A program made the position numbers and the translations under genes. Of a DNA stretch of 64,000 nucleotides, positions 26,425-38,522 are shown one piece after another. Source of the DNA: Octopus vulgaris (lineage: Eukaryota); contig OX597825.1 in the NCBI GenBank assembly GCA_951406725.2, positions 62,930,001 to 62,994,000 of the forward strand, written 5' to 3'. The notes below the pieces were generated by a model that worked only from the letters and a program-made list of their open reading frames with translations, had not been told where the DNA came from and searched no databases. Numbering within the stretch: position 1 is the stretch's first letter; each line of letters begins with the position of its first letter.

Positions 26425-27255
26425 CGGACGTTAGGTCTCACCATGGAAATGACTAGAGACCGAGACCTATGGAAGTATGCTGTGTGTGAGAAGACCCGGC
26501 AAGACTAGTGAAGCCATAATCCGTGGCCCCTACCTGGGACGTAGTCAGTCCACCTGTGCATACCTTCCTTCTTGTGACACTTGTGAAGACCTGTTGAGGC
26601 AAGTGAGAATCGAATCGTATCAAATCAAATCGAACCAAATCAAAATAGATGAACATCAATGGAATTTGTATCCTTGTGGTACCAGTGCCGGTGGCACATA
26701 AGAAAACCATCCGAACGTGACCGTAGCCAGTACCGCAATGACTGGCCTCCGTGCTGAGGGCACGTAACAAACACCATCCGAGCGTGGCCGTCCGCCAGCC
26801 TCGTCTAGCACCTGTGTCGGTGACACATAAGAAAACACCATCCGAGCGTGGCCGTCTGCCAGCCTCGTCTGGCACCTGTGTCGGTGGCACATAAAAAACA
26901 CCATCCGAGCGTGGCCGTCTGCCAGCCTCGTCTGGCACCTGTGTCGGTGGCACATAAAAAACACCATCCGAGCGTGGCCGTCTGCCAGCCTCGTCTGGCA
27001 CCTGTGTCGGTGGCACATAAAAAACACCATCCGAGCGTGGCCGTCTGCCAGCCTCGTCTGGCACCTGTGTCGGTGGCACATAAAATCACCCACTACACTC
27101 TCGGAGTGGTTGGCGTTAGGAAGGGCATCCAGCTGTAGAAACACTGCCACATCTGACTGGCCTGGTGCAGCCTTCGGGCTTCCCAGACCCCAGTTGAACC
27201 GTCCAACCCATGCTAGCATGGAAAGCGGACGTTAAACGATGATGATGATGATGAT
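26425..27255 (+). mobile_element. RTE/BovB-type LINE 3' end with long 3' UTR and (GAT)n tail
   Basis: ORF end GLTMEMTRDRDLWKYAVCEKTRQD*, then UTR, then GGAAAGCGGACGTTAAAC(GAT)n. Confidence 0.85.
26768..27085. repeat. 63-bp GC-rich minisatellite, about 5 copies, inside the RTE 3' UTR
   Basis: Unit AAAAAACACCATCCGAGCGTGGCCGTCTGCCAGCCTCGTCTGGCACCTGTGTCGGTGGCACAT; 21-aa periodicity in the ORF track. Confidence 0.95.
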
Positions 27256-27301
27256 ACACACATACATATACACACATCACACATCATATATACATACATT
27301 C

Positions 27302-27340
<39 letters not shown>

Positions 27341-27559
27341 TATATATATATATACACACACATACATACACACACATCACACATCACACATACATACTGG
27401 CATTCATGTCAATTATTGTTTAGTACTATCCTATCGTTTTGTACATCAAAGCTACATCGTCCATAGTCCTAAGACCGAAAACAGTAAGGGGGAAAAAGAA
27501 AGCTTACTTATATATTGTCTTCTTTTATCTGATGGCATATAATTTAAAGTAATTTCCGG

Positions 27560-27860
27560 GAGGTTTTAGTCAATTTTATGAAATCCAATTCCATTTGGTC
27601 CGAGGCACCAAGTTATCAATAATTCAATGTTCGACTATTCTTCTTTGTGTTGATGTTTGTGTATATATTCAATAACAAAGAATTCTCTATACAGATTTTC
27701 TATTCTCGGATTTATTCCATGACTGTCATTTTCTGATTGGCATTGTATATTGTTTTTGTGACAATTTTATATTGCATTGGGGATAGTACCTTATGACATT
27801 CTTGAGCACCTGCTAATTACATTCGTGGTGTCTTCCACATAAATATAACAAAATTTATAT
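27560..27860 (-). pseudogene. Decayed zinc-knuckle region of an R4/Dong-like (RLE) LINE
   Basis: Minus-strand translation CYIYVEDTTNVISRCSRMS...PM....V.KTIYN resembles C..C...E...HI.S.C..(RHD).V...IY. Confidence 0.5.
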
Positions 27861-28149
27861 ATTTGGTTGCTTCCTGGAAAAGGGAAAAGAACGATGCCTT
27901 ATATTCCGTCTGCAAGCTCCTCAGGAAGCTCTCTCTTCCTGAGAAAAATACCACAAATAGGACCAGGATGTGAAACACTTAGCATACCAAAAAGAAAAGG
28001 ACTCTACATAAGTTTGTTTACTGAAGACTTGAAGTGAACAGTAACATCAGCATGAAGCACAGGCTCTCTTGGACTCATGATTGCTACATCACATCATCCT
28101 TTGGAAGGTAAGCATTAGCAATCGAAGAACAGAAGATTGCTATGAAATA

Positions 28150-28686
28150 CATCATCATCATTATCATCATCGTTTAACGTCTGCTTTCCATGCTAGCATG
28201 GATTGGACAATTTGACTGAGGACTGGCTAACCAGATGGCTGCACCAGGCTCCAGTCTTGATCTGGCAGAGTTTCTGCAGCTGGATGCCCTTCCTAATGCC
28301 AACCACTCCGAGAGTGTAGTAGGTGCTTTTACATGACGCCGGCATGGGGGCCAGTCAGGCGGTACTGGCCATGACCTCATTCGAATCTTTTTATACATGC
28401 CACTGGCACATGTGCCAGTAAAGCAATGCTGTTAACAATCATACTCGAACGGTGCCTTTTACATGCCACCGGCCTGGAAGCCAATTAGCCGCTCTGGCAA
28501 CGATCATGCTCGGATGGTGCTCTTAGCACCTTACTAGCACGGGGCTCAAGTGCCAGTAAGGCAATGCTGGTAATGATCACACTCAAATGGTGCCTTTTAT
28601 GTGCCACTGGCACGGAAGCCGGTTAGCTGCTCTGTCAACGATCACACTTGTATGGTGCTCTTTGCACTCCACTAGCACGGATGCCA
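28150..28686 (-). mobile_element. RTE-type LINE 3' UTR with diverged internal tandem units
   Basis: (CAT)n tail plus repeated GGATGGTGC(C/T)TTT..GTGCCAC.GGCAC units. Confidence 0.85.
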
Positions 28687-28877
28687 AACCCACAGTACAG
28701 CTTCTGTGTCATTTTTGTTTATTTGGCATTTCTGGACAATCTCTGGTTCTTGGATTGCAAATATGATGTAGTTAGTAATCACAAATCTAAGGGAATCTGC
28801 ACTTTACGTTGACACTACTGTTGTCTTCAACTGTTTGGTAAACATGCTCATGCATAGTCTTTCTTAGTGGGGGGGGG

Positions 28878-29147
28878 GATGGAAACTGAAAGAAGCTTGT
28901 CATATATATGTGTATATATATATGTATGTGTGTGTATATGTTTGTGTGTCTGTGTTTGTCCTCCCAATGCTGGTGTGTTTACGTCCCCATAACTTAGCGG
29001 TTCGGCATAAGAGACAGATAAATAAGTACTAGGCTTACAAAAAATAAGTCCTTGGGTCGATTCGCTCAACTAAAAGGTGGTGCTCCAGCATGGCCACAGT
29101 CAAATGACTGAAACAAGTAAAAGGAGTAAAGGAGTAAAAGAGTAAAG
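28878..29147 (+). mobile_element. SINE family A, 3' part
   Basis: Consensus tail ending (GTAAAAGGA)n. Confidence 0.85.
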
Positions 29148-29201
29148 TTAAATTATTTACTTTAGATGCTGTTGTTTAATAAGTGCTGTCTGAGAGAGAC
29201 T

Positions 29202-29447
29202 ATCATCATCATCATCATCATCGTTTAACGTCCGTTTTCCGCGCTAGCACGGGTTGGACGGTTTCGACCGGGGTCTGGGGAGCTCGGGACTGCCCCAGGC
29301 TCCAGTCTAGTCTGGCAGTGTTTCTACAGCTGGATGCCCTTCCTAACGCCAACCACTCCGCGAGTGTAGTGGGTGTTTTTTACGTGCCACCTGCACAGGT
29401 GCCAGAGGGGTCTGGCATCGGCCACGTTCGGATGGTGCTTTTTATGT
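29202..29447 (-). mobile_element. RTE-type LINE 3' UTR fragment
   Basis: (CAT)n CGTTTAACGTCCG...CTGGATGCCCTTCCTAACGCCAACCACTCCG. Confidence 0.85.
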
Positions 29448-29667
29448 GGGGGGGGAGGGTGGTTCAGAGAAATGATGACAGGTTCTAGGCAAGTAGAACG
29501 TAGGATATCAAGAGAGGGGTAATGCATGTTGAAATAGCGTATTGAAGAGGGGGGTTCGAAGAGTAGACACCTATAATGGTGGTGGGAGAAGCGACATCCG
29601 GTATAGATGGAGCAAAAATATAGAGATATCCGGTATTGGTGGTGGGGGTGGGCAAGGGCGGGTGCAC

Positions 29668-29846
29668 CGGGAATATGACGGGCTGGCTTAAAAATGCTCT
29701 TAGCAAAGGAAGAGGGGGATGGCAGACAACGTAAAAGAGGGAGAGAGAGAAGGGAAATAGTGGAACCCCGCGAAAATGGGCCGCCATTGAAAAAAACCCT
29801 GTATGGAGAAATAATATGCAATACAAGGCGAAGCTGAAAATAGTAA

Positions 29847-29882
<36 letters not shown>

Positions 29883-30204
29883 GCAAATTTTCGACCGAGG
29901 ATCAAAGGGACAATACTAATACTACTAATAATAGTAATAATAATAAATAATAAACAGCTCAACCACAACATTAGATTAGAAAGACTCTCTTATCTTGGGA
30001 ACATTTCGTTCTTCTGCCTGACACGGGAATATGACGGGCTGGCTTAAAAATGCTCTTAGCAAAGGAAGAGGGGGGATGGCAGACAACGTAAAAGAGGGAG
30101 AGAGAGAAGGGAAATAGTGGAACCCCGCGAAAATGGGCCGCCATTGAAAAAAACCCCTGTATGGAGAAATAATATGCAATACAAGGCGAAGCTGAAAATA
30201 GTAA

Positions 30205-30240
<36 letters not shown>

Positions 30241-30391
30241 GCAAATTTTCGACCGAGGATCAAAGGGACAATACTAATACTACTAATAATAGTAATAATA
30301 ATAAATAATAAACAGCTCAACCACAACATTAGATTAGAAAGACTCTCTTATCTTGGGAACATTTCGTTCTTCTGCCTGACACGGGAATATG
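29668..30391. repeat. About 358-bp tandem duplication with 10-bp junction microhomology CGGGAATATG
   Basis: CGGGAATATG at 29668, 30023 and 30382; the two units differ mainly in homopolymer lengths. Confidence 0.9.
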
Positions 30392-31649
30392 CATATAAAA
30401 ATAAAAAGAAAGGATTACTCTGCTAGTACCATCTACCAAAATATTTTAATGCATTAGTCATACTGTTTTAGGAGGTTGAGTAGCATGGCTCTGGCCTTGG
30501 TAACATCATAATTTCCTGGTTCCAAATGAATCAGGAATAACAGCAAAATGAAATACAGGGACAGGAGTTGTAAATAACTGCCACACTTTATTCTAATACC
30601 TAAATGAAGGTACAGTAAAAGATAGTACATCTTGAATGATTCTCTCAGAAAATATACAAATTGGCTTCTCATGCAGTTGGAATTTGATGATGTGTGCTTG
30701 TCGGAACACGACAGAAGCATGTCAAGGCTCTCTGCTGAATAACTCTTTTCTGTCCATACAGAGATCTGAACTCGACCATGCCCTCCCACCACACTGAAGA
30801 ATAGCAGGAAAGGTTCTTCTTTTTAAAGCTGATTATGGGCTCCAGCGAACAAACATAATTTGCCTATGCTAAGCTGGTCTGCAACCTGATGGGACTGGAT
30901 AACCTGTATAAAACCAGGACAAGGTCGATGTGTATGCCAACACATCACCATGTAATGTGACCACTAGTAGAAAACATATATATGAGCCAATATCAAGGTA
31001 TTTTAGGCTAAACGGTCGAATGATAAACATATTTCTGCTACGCTTTCTGGAAAGATATTTGTGACAATTGTTATAAAGTTGGACTGAACATGGAATCATG
31101 TAGTTGCAAACCAGATTTTTAACCGCGAAACCATGCCAGTACAAGAGCAAATTTAATTTATGCAATGAGAAAGAGTATAGCTACAGTAACAAATATAAAT
31201 GGAAAGCAATTGCGAAAGGTTGTAATTATTAGGAATGTAAATGAACGGCTATAAAAGGATTTTTCTGAAACTAAAAGCCAGGTTTTATTTTACCTGATTG
31301 GCTAAAAATAGCCTTAATAGGGATTTGCAATAACTGAGAGTCATTAAATATATAGACATTGGAAGAAAAGATATGCACGCTATTAAAGAAATTGAGATTT
31401 TAATGATTACAGTAGAGCCACACATTGCAAACTATTGGCAGTTAGTTAAGGACTTACCAATAACATAACGAGCAATGTTAGATGAAATTAAAGCATAGGA
31501 AAAATAGTATTAGGGGAAATTAGTAAAGCTAAAGATGTAATAAGCGAGAATTCTTTGTTTACAGAAAATGAAAGTAATTTCTGCTGTAGATCAGTAGCTT
31601 AAAGGATAGTTTCATGGTTTTGAATTATGATTCAGTGGTTTCATCAATT

Positions 31650-32275
31650 AAATGATCTGAGTCACAGCTCAGTAGTCTGAGTCATTGTTATGTGGTCTCT
31701 CAGGTTTCATAGAAGTTTTGTGGGAATATTGAATTCACAAGTGGTCCCTGACATCCTGCATGCATATCCCAAGTGACAGGACGCCCTGTTTGCTGCGGAG
31801 TCTCCACAGATGCAGGGACAGAATGACCTCGAAGCCAGCGGTTGCTGATCAGACACCTCTCTTCTCCAGTGACCTCGCACTGGACCATCGAGCGTAGACC
31901 ACCATGGTTCATAATGCTGTTAGGACCAGAGAAGAAGCTGGCTCAACCCGCCCTGGGTGAATGCTATCACAAGTACAAGTAAGTATGTAGTCTTTGAGTT
32001 ATTAGTAAGTGATCTAACCCATTGTTAAGTCATCTGAATCATAGCTTAGTGGTCTGTGTCAATGGTAAGTGTTCCGAACCATTGTTAATTCATCTGAGTC
32101 ACAGCTCAGTAGTCCAAATCATTGTTATGTTGTCTAAATCACAACTCAAGGGTCTGAAACATCATTAAGTGGCCTGAGTTATTGGTAAGTGGTCTGAGTC
32201 ACAGTTGAGTGAACTGAGTTACAGTTTTGTGCATTGAACCATAGCTCAGATAGTTGAGCCTATGTTTAGTAGCTT
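31650..32275. repeat. Degenerate about 20/40-bp minisatellite interrupted by a 275-bp unique segment
   Basis: TCTGAGTCACAGCTCAGTAGTCTGAGTCATTGTTA-like units on both sides of 31704-31978. Confidence 0.7.
31704..31978 (+). other. Candidate exon (possibly 5' UTR plus first coding bases MLLGPEKKLAQPALGECYHKY from 31914)
   Basis: Unique, GC-elevated island; acceptor TCTCTCAG| and consensus donor AA|GTAAGT; no homolog recognised. Confidence 0.4.
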
Positions 32276-32382
32276 AAAATCATATTTAGAGAAGGAAATT
32301 TTAGTTGACTTAAAGTCAGCACTTATTAAGTAGCCATATAATCATAGACTTCTCCATCCTGACTGTCTCATCTATTTCTCTC

Positions 32383-32762
32383 TGGCTGTGTGGTAGGTAG
32401 CTTGCTTACCAACCACATGGTTCCAGGTTCAATCCCACTGCATGGCACCTTAGGCAAGTGTCTTCTACTATAGCCTCGGGCTGACCAAAGCCTTGTGAGT
32501 GGATCTGTTAGATGGAAACTGAAAGAAGCCTGTCGTATATATGTATATGTATATATGTGTGTGTGTGTGTGTGCGTGCGTGTGTGTGTGTTTGTGTGTCC
32601 CCCTAACATCGCTTGAAAACCGATGTTGGCATGTTTACATCCTTGTAACTTTGCTGTTCGGTAAAAGACACTGATAGAATAAGTACTAGGCTTCCAAAGA
32701 ATAAGTCCTGGCCACAGTCAAATGACTGAAACAAGTAAAAGAGTAAAAGAGAGAGTAAGAGT
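32383..32762 (+). mobile_element. SINE family A
   Basis: Consensus head and tail with a small internal deletion. Confidence 0.9.
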
Positions 32763-33564
32763 ACATGTCTTTCCACTTTTTTAAAGAAGGTAAGATGTGC
32801 TTTAAGGGCGATTGGCTGCCAAGTTTTATCAGTGTTCTATACTAGAATATGAGAAAACAAGAATATTTTATGAATGGAAATATTGGTTCAGAAGTTGACA
32901 GAAAAAGTTAGCAAAAAAAAAAAAAAGTCTTTCAAATGACTAAATGAAAGGAGAAATTAATATGCATCAAATATTAATACCATTACATATTTTATTGGTG
33001 GAAAAAGTTTATCTGTGCTTAGAAACATATGTGTCTTGCAATGCAGGAATTTTCTTCACAATCTACATGCCATTTTGAATATGGAAAGCACTGGGTTAAA
33101 ATCCCTTGTTCCCAATTTAGAAAATGTGAATTAGAATGAGAGATGCAAACCAATCACTTGTCAAAATAAACACTCTATGCAAGATTTTCGTGAGAAATCT
33201 GGTTGATTGCAATGGTATGCAAGAGAAAAGACAGGTATACATGTGTCAGACCGTAATTGATGCAGTAAAATAATTGTAAATAGATAAATGAGTTACAGGT
33301 GAATGCCAAAAGTTCAGAAACAACTAAGGATATTTGAGTAACTATAACAGAGATACATGCTATGTTTTGTTATAACCACTAAGCTATTAAAATATGTGTA
33401 GTGAGTGTCTATGTCAGAAGACACTTGGTTCAAGTTGTAACATTACAATGAATCTCAGAAAGATTTACAACGAAATCTATAAATTTCTGATAGCACAAGG
33501 GAAAGATGGAGTCAAAACTGCCATAAGGATCTGAATCAAAATGCTAACCAATAATTGAATTTAT

Positions 33565-33904
33565 ACATTGAATATGTTTCGTTTTGGGATTTTGTTTGCA
33601 AGATTCTTTATATGAGTTCGTGTGTTGAAGTATATTCTGTTGTGTTTGGGAAGAGTCATTTTCTTTTTGTGCCTTATAATGTAACACACTCACCAGTAAA
33701 ATTTCCACTTATTTCTTATTTTTATTTTCGTAAAATTTTTATTGCGTCTTGCAACCTTTTCAAAGAGTCAAGACTATTGCAAAGGTTGAAAGATGCAACG
33801 AAAGTTTTAGGAAAATAAAAAATAAGAAAAAAATGGAAATTTTACCGGTGAGGCACAAAAAGAAAATTACTCTCCCCAGACATAACAGAACATTGAATAT
33901 GTTT
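33565..33904. mobile_element. Foldback (near-palindromic) element with 15-bp flanking direct repeat
   Basis: Arms about 33636-33765 and 33775-33889 are inverted; ACATTGAATATGTTT at 33565-33579 and 33890-33904. Confidence 0.7.
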
Positions 33905-34000
33905 ACACCGAAATACCTCACTAATATTTAAAGATAACCACCATAAACTGAAGAGTAGTTTCAGAAATTAGGTGTGTGTCACAATTCGGTACCAAAATAT

Positions 34001-34402
34001 ACTCTTTTACTTGTTTACTCGTTTCAGTCATTTGACTGTGGCCACGCTGGAGCACCGCCTTTAGTCGAGCACATCGACCCCAGGACTTATTCTTTGTGAG
34101 CCTAGTACTTATTCTATCGGTCTCTTTGCCTAGCCACTAAGTTACAGGGACGTAAACACACCAACATCAGTTGTCAAGCGATGTTGGGGGGACAAACACA
34201 GACACACAAACACAGACATATATACATATACATATATACGATGGGCTTCTTTTACTTTCTGTCTACCAAATCCACTCATAAGGCTTTGGTTGGCCCGAGG
34301 CTATAGTAGAAGACACTTGCCCAAAGTGCCATGCAGTGGGATTGAACCCGGAACCATGTGGTTGGTAAGCAAACTACTTACCACACAGCCACTCCTATGC
34401 CT
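34001..34402 (-). mobile_element. SINE family A, full length
   Basis: Near-consensus copy on the minus strand. Confidence 0.92.
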
Positions 34403-35597
34403 ATCTAGAGAAACATGAAATTATCACTGGTTAATTTGCAATTTACATGCCTGGGAAAGTTCTACTATTCTTGCAGTTCTATATTTAAGAGATGGAGAAT
34501 TTTGTACATTATTTATATTCGACTGCTGGGGGGTATATTAACCGAAATGTTGTGTTAACAACAAACAAGATGAGGACAAATACCCATCGAATGTAAATAA
34601 TGTAAATAATGTAAATAATCTACTATTCTTGGTTTTGAATTTTGGAACAAGGCCAGCAATTTCGGAGTAGGGGTAATTGATCCCAGTACACAACTGGTAC
34701 TCATTTTATTGGCCCTAAAAAGATGAAAGGCAAAGTCGATCTCAGCCACATTTAAAGTTCTACCGTTATTAAAAAATATAAAGAAATGGCAGAAAGACAA
34801 GGGTTAAAAGAATTACTGGGAGTCGAAATAAATAACATTAGCTTTGGTGATGATGCACAAGGAATGAGTGAGAAATAATTTATTATTTGTTACTTGATGT
34901 TAATATTTGACAAAATTTATTAAATTAAAATGCATAACAATCTCAGGCTTGACTATGAGGCTAAGAAGTTTGTTTCCTAAACAACTGGCTTCAGGCACTG
35001 TCCCTCTGTGTGGGACTTTGGGTAAATGCCTGCTACTGGAACCCTAACTGAACCAAGCCATGAGATTGGATTTAGTAGATGGAAATGGAAAGAGGTCTGT
35101 TGTATATGTATACTTGTGTGTGTATGTATGTATGTATGTATGTATGTATGTATGTATGTATGTATGTATGTATGTATGTATGCATGCATGCATGTATGTG
35201 TTTGTGATTGCATGTGTGTGGCTGTATATGTGTGTGTGTGTGTACCTTTTTGGCATCATATCAAGCAATAGTTGTAAACAAGTTTCACCATAATGAAAGC
35301 AGTGTCTTTTGTTTCCAATTTTCTTTGAAAACGTGTCAAGCCAAGAGGAAATAATACCTTTCTTGTTAGCAGGTGAAGGTTAACAACAAGAAGGGCAATC
35401 AGGCTTAGAAAGCCTTCCTCAATGTATTCCATTTAATCCAAGCCAGCATGAGAAAGAAGACATTAAAAAGATCATTACCAAGATGATCATATTTTCAAGC
35501 AACAAAGATTATATACCCTACCTTGTTATTTTAAATTTATCCCATATTTACAGACATCCTTTCATAATGAACAGAGCTACAATAGAAAACAAACTCG

Positions 35598-36003
35598 AGG
35601 CATTGTTGTGTGGTAAGCAGTTTACTTCCAAGCCACATGGTTCCAGGTTCAAATCCACTGTGTGGCATCTTTGGCATGTGTTTTCTGCAACAACCTTTGG
35701 TTAACTAAAGCCTTGTGGGTGGATTTGGTACATGGAAACTGAAAGAAGCCTGTCATATATATGTGTGTGTGTGTGTCTTTGTGTGTGTCTTTGTGTTTAT
35801 GTTTCTCTCCCGCCACCAATTTACACAACTGGTGTTGGTTTGTTTACATCCCCATAAACTAGCAGTTCAGCAAAAAGAGGCCAATAGAATAAGTACCAGA
35901 CTTAAATTAAAATCAGTTCTGGGTTCATTACATTTCACTGAAAGTTCTTCAAGGCAATTCCCCAGCATCATCACAGTCTAATGACTGAAACATAAAAAAT
36001 AAA
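35598..36003 (+). mobile_element. SINE family A, diverged
   Basis: Head, (TG)n and tail motifs recognisable. Confidence 0.75.
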
Positions 36004-36234
36004 GGTACCATGCAGTAGGACTGAACCTGATACTTCATGGTTAGGAAGAAAACTTCTTAACCACACAAACATACTTGCACTTAAATGATTTGAAAATTAA
36101 TTAAATAGTAGTAATAAGAGGGCAGAGTACTACTTTAGCATTGCATCTCTGCATAAAGTATACGTTGGTGGTTCATTATTACTTTTAGGTCAGTTTGGGG
36201 AGTATAAGATGGCAACAATTTACCCATCATATCA

Positions 36235-36451
36235 GATGAGGATGATGAAGATAATGGGGACAATGATGATAATGATAACAATGATGATGATGATGACGAC
36301 GACGATGATAATGATGACAATGACGATGACGATTACGGTAGTGGTAGTGGTAGTGGTAGTGGTGGTGATGGTGGTGGTGGTGATGATGGTAGTGGTGGTG
36401 GTGGTGGTGGTGGTGATGAGGATGATGATGATGACAATGACGATGACGATT

Positions 36452-36482
<31 letters not shown>

Positions 36483-37520
36483 TGGTGGTGGTGGTGGTGG
36501 TGGTGGTGATGAGGATGATGATGATGACAATGACGATGACGATTACGGTGGTGGTGGTGGTGGTAGTGGTGGTGATGGTGGTGGTGGTGGTGGTGGTGGT
36601 GGTGATGAGGATGATGATGATGACAATGACGATGATAATGATGACAATGACGATGACGATTACGGTAGTGGTAGTGGTAGTGGTAGTGGTGGTGATGGTG
36701 GTGGTGGTGATGATGGTAGTGGTGGTGGTGGTGGTGGTGATGAGGATGATGATGATGACAATGACGATGACGATTACGGTGGTGGTGGTGGTGGTAGTGG
36801 TGGTGATGGTGGTGGTGGTGGTGGTGATGAGGATGATGATGATGACAATGACGATGACGATTACGGTGGTGGTGGTGGTGGTAGTGGTGGTGATGGTGGT
36901 GGTGGTGGTGGTGATGAGGATGATGATGATGACAATGACGATGACGATTACGGTGGTGGTGGTGGTGGTAGTGGTGGTGATGGTGGTGGTGGTGGTGGTG
37001 GTGGTGATGAGGATGATGATGATGACAATGACGATGATAATGATGACAATGACGATGACGATTACGGTAGTGGTAGTGGTAGTGGTAGTGGTGGTGATGG
37101 TGGTGGTGGTGATGATGGTAGTGGTGGTGGTGGTGGTGGTGATGAGGATGATGATGATGACAATGACGATGACGATTACGGTGGTGGTGGTGGTGGTTGT
37201 GGTGGTGATGGTGGTGGTGGTGGTGGTGATGAGGATGATGATGATGACAATGACGATGACGATTACGGTGGTGGTGGTGGTGGTAGTGGTGGTGATGGTG
37301 GTGGTGGTGGTGGTGGTGGTGATGAGGATGATGATGATGACAATGACGATGATAATGATGACAATGACGATGACGATTGCGGTGGTGGTGGTGGTGGTGG
37401 TGGTGGTGGTGGTGGTGGTGGTGGTGATGGTGGTGGTGGTGGTGGTGGTGGTGGTGATGATGATGATGGTGGTGGTGGTGGTGGTGGTGGTGGTGATGAG
37501 GATGATGACGAGGAGGATAT
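36235..37520. repeat. Higher-order compound (GAT/GAC)n-TAC-(GGT/AGT)n array, about 11 units
   Basis: Anchor GATGACAATGACGATGACGATTACGGT recurs about 11 times; two + frames are stop-free (Met/Val and Asp/Gly). Confidence 0.95.
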
Positions 37521-38355
37521 TTTGGAATTTGTGGTTCTGTACCAATGTCATGAAATCATTATCTAACTGGGTGTGAGCAGTACTAGTTTGGGGATACTAG
37601 CTTCTACAAGACTACCGAACACTACTTACTACAAGAGAACAAAAAAAGAACAACTATATTATACTAGCAAGACAATATATATTTTGGTAAATATTAGAAC
37701 AAAAGTTTCTGTGTAAATCATAATAGATGGAAACTTTGTTGGTTGGTTACTGCCAGAGTTATGTTGACAAGATGGCTACATCACTGAAGTTGAAGCACTG
37801 GTAACAGCGGAAAGCCAAAAAATGACAATAGCTGAAGATATGGGGAAAAAAATACAGCTATGAAACTATACAAACATAATAAATATAATAAAAGAGGAAA
37901 GAATTTAAAAGGAATATAAAGGGAAATTAGGAATGTAAAGGGGATATGAACGACTGGAATATAATAAGAATTATACAAGAATATACGAGAATAAATATAA
38001 AGAACGTGAATATAATAAGGAATATAAGAATATGTAAGGAATACAAAGGAATAAATAAGAAGGAATACTAATAAAATCATCAAGTAATGACAACAAAGTT
38101 TTTATCTTGTTCTTGGTTCATAGTTTGGAAAGAGACAAAGACATATATTCATTAAATATACACAGCACGTAGCTAGGATATTGTTGGACAATAAAACGGA
38201 GCTGCTTTTAAAGTGATGTGTAGAAATGACAGGCATCATGAACTCTGTAGATCTGAGGAAAATTATTTTGAGAAGTCTTGTTACGCACAGAATAGCAGTC
38301 AAATCACCCTGGAACCACACTTTATGAACATGAAAAAATGAAGGGACATTATAAA

Positions 38356-38522
38356 TTTCTTTATTGCCCACAAGGGGCTAAACATAGAGGGGACAAACAA
38401 GAACAGACAAAGGGATTAAGTCGATTACATCGACCCCAGTGCGAAACTGGTACTTTATTTATCGACCCCGAAAAGATGAAAGGCAAAGTCAACCTAGGCA
38501 GAATTTGAACTCAGAACGTAGC
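38356..38522 (-). mobile_element. MetaSINE-type tRNA SINE (family C), partial
   Basis: Reverse complement of GACTTTGCCTTTCATCCTTTCGGGGTCGATAAAT.AAGTACCAG (Meta-domain-like). Confidence 0.85.

Noticed and set aside
26768-27085. CRISPR-like array
   Set aside because: Contiguous 63-bp units without unique spacers, inside a LINE UTR, in eukaryotic DNA with no cas genes.
29995-30025. Possible helix-II-less HHR (minus strand CAGAAGA-AC-GAAA)
   Set aside because: Core mismatch and only 2 bp of helix I; not distinguishable from chance.
36209-37576. 455-aa Met/Val ORF and the antisense 439-aa Thr/Ile ORF
   Set aside because: Implausible composition and a by-product of GAT/GGT triplets; only the Asp/Gly frame is kept as a hypothesis.
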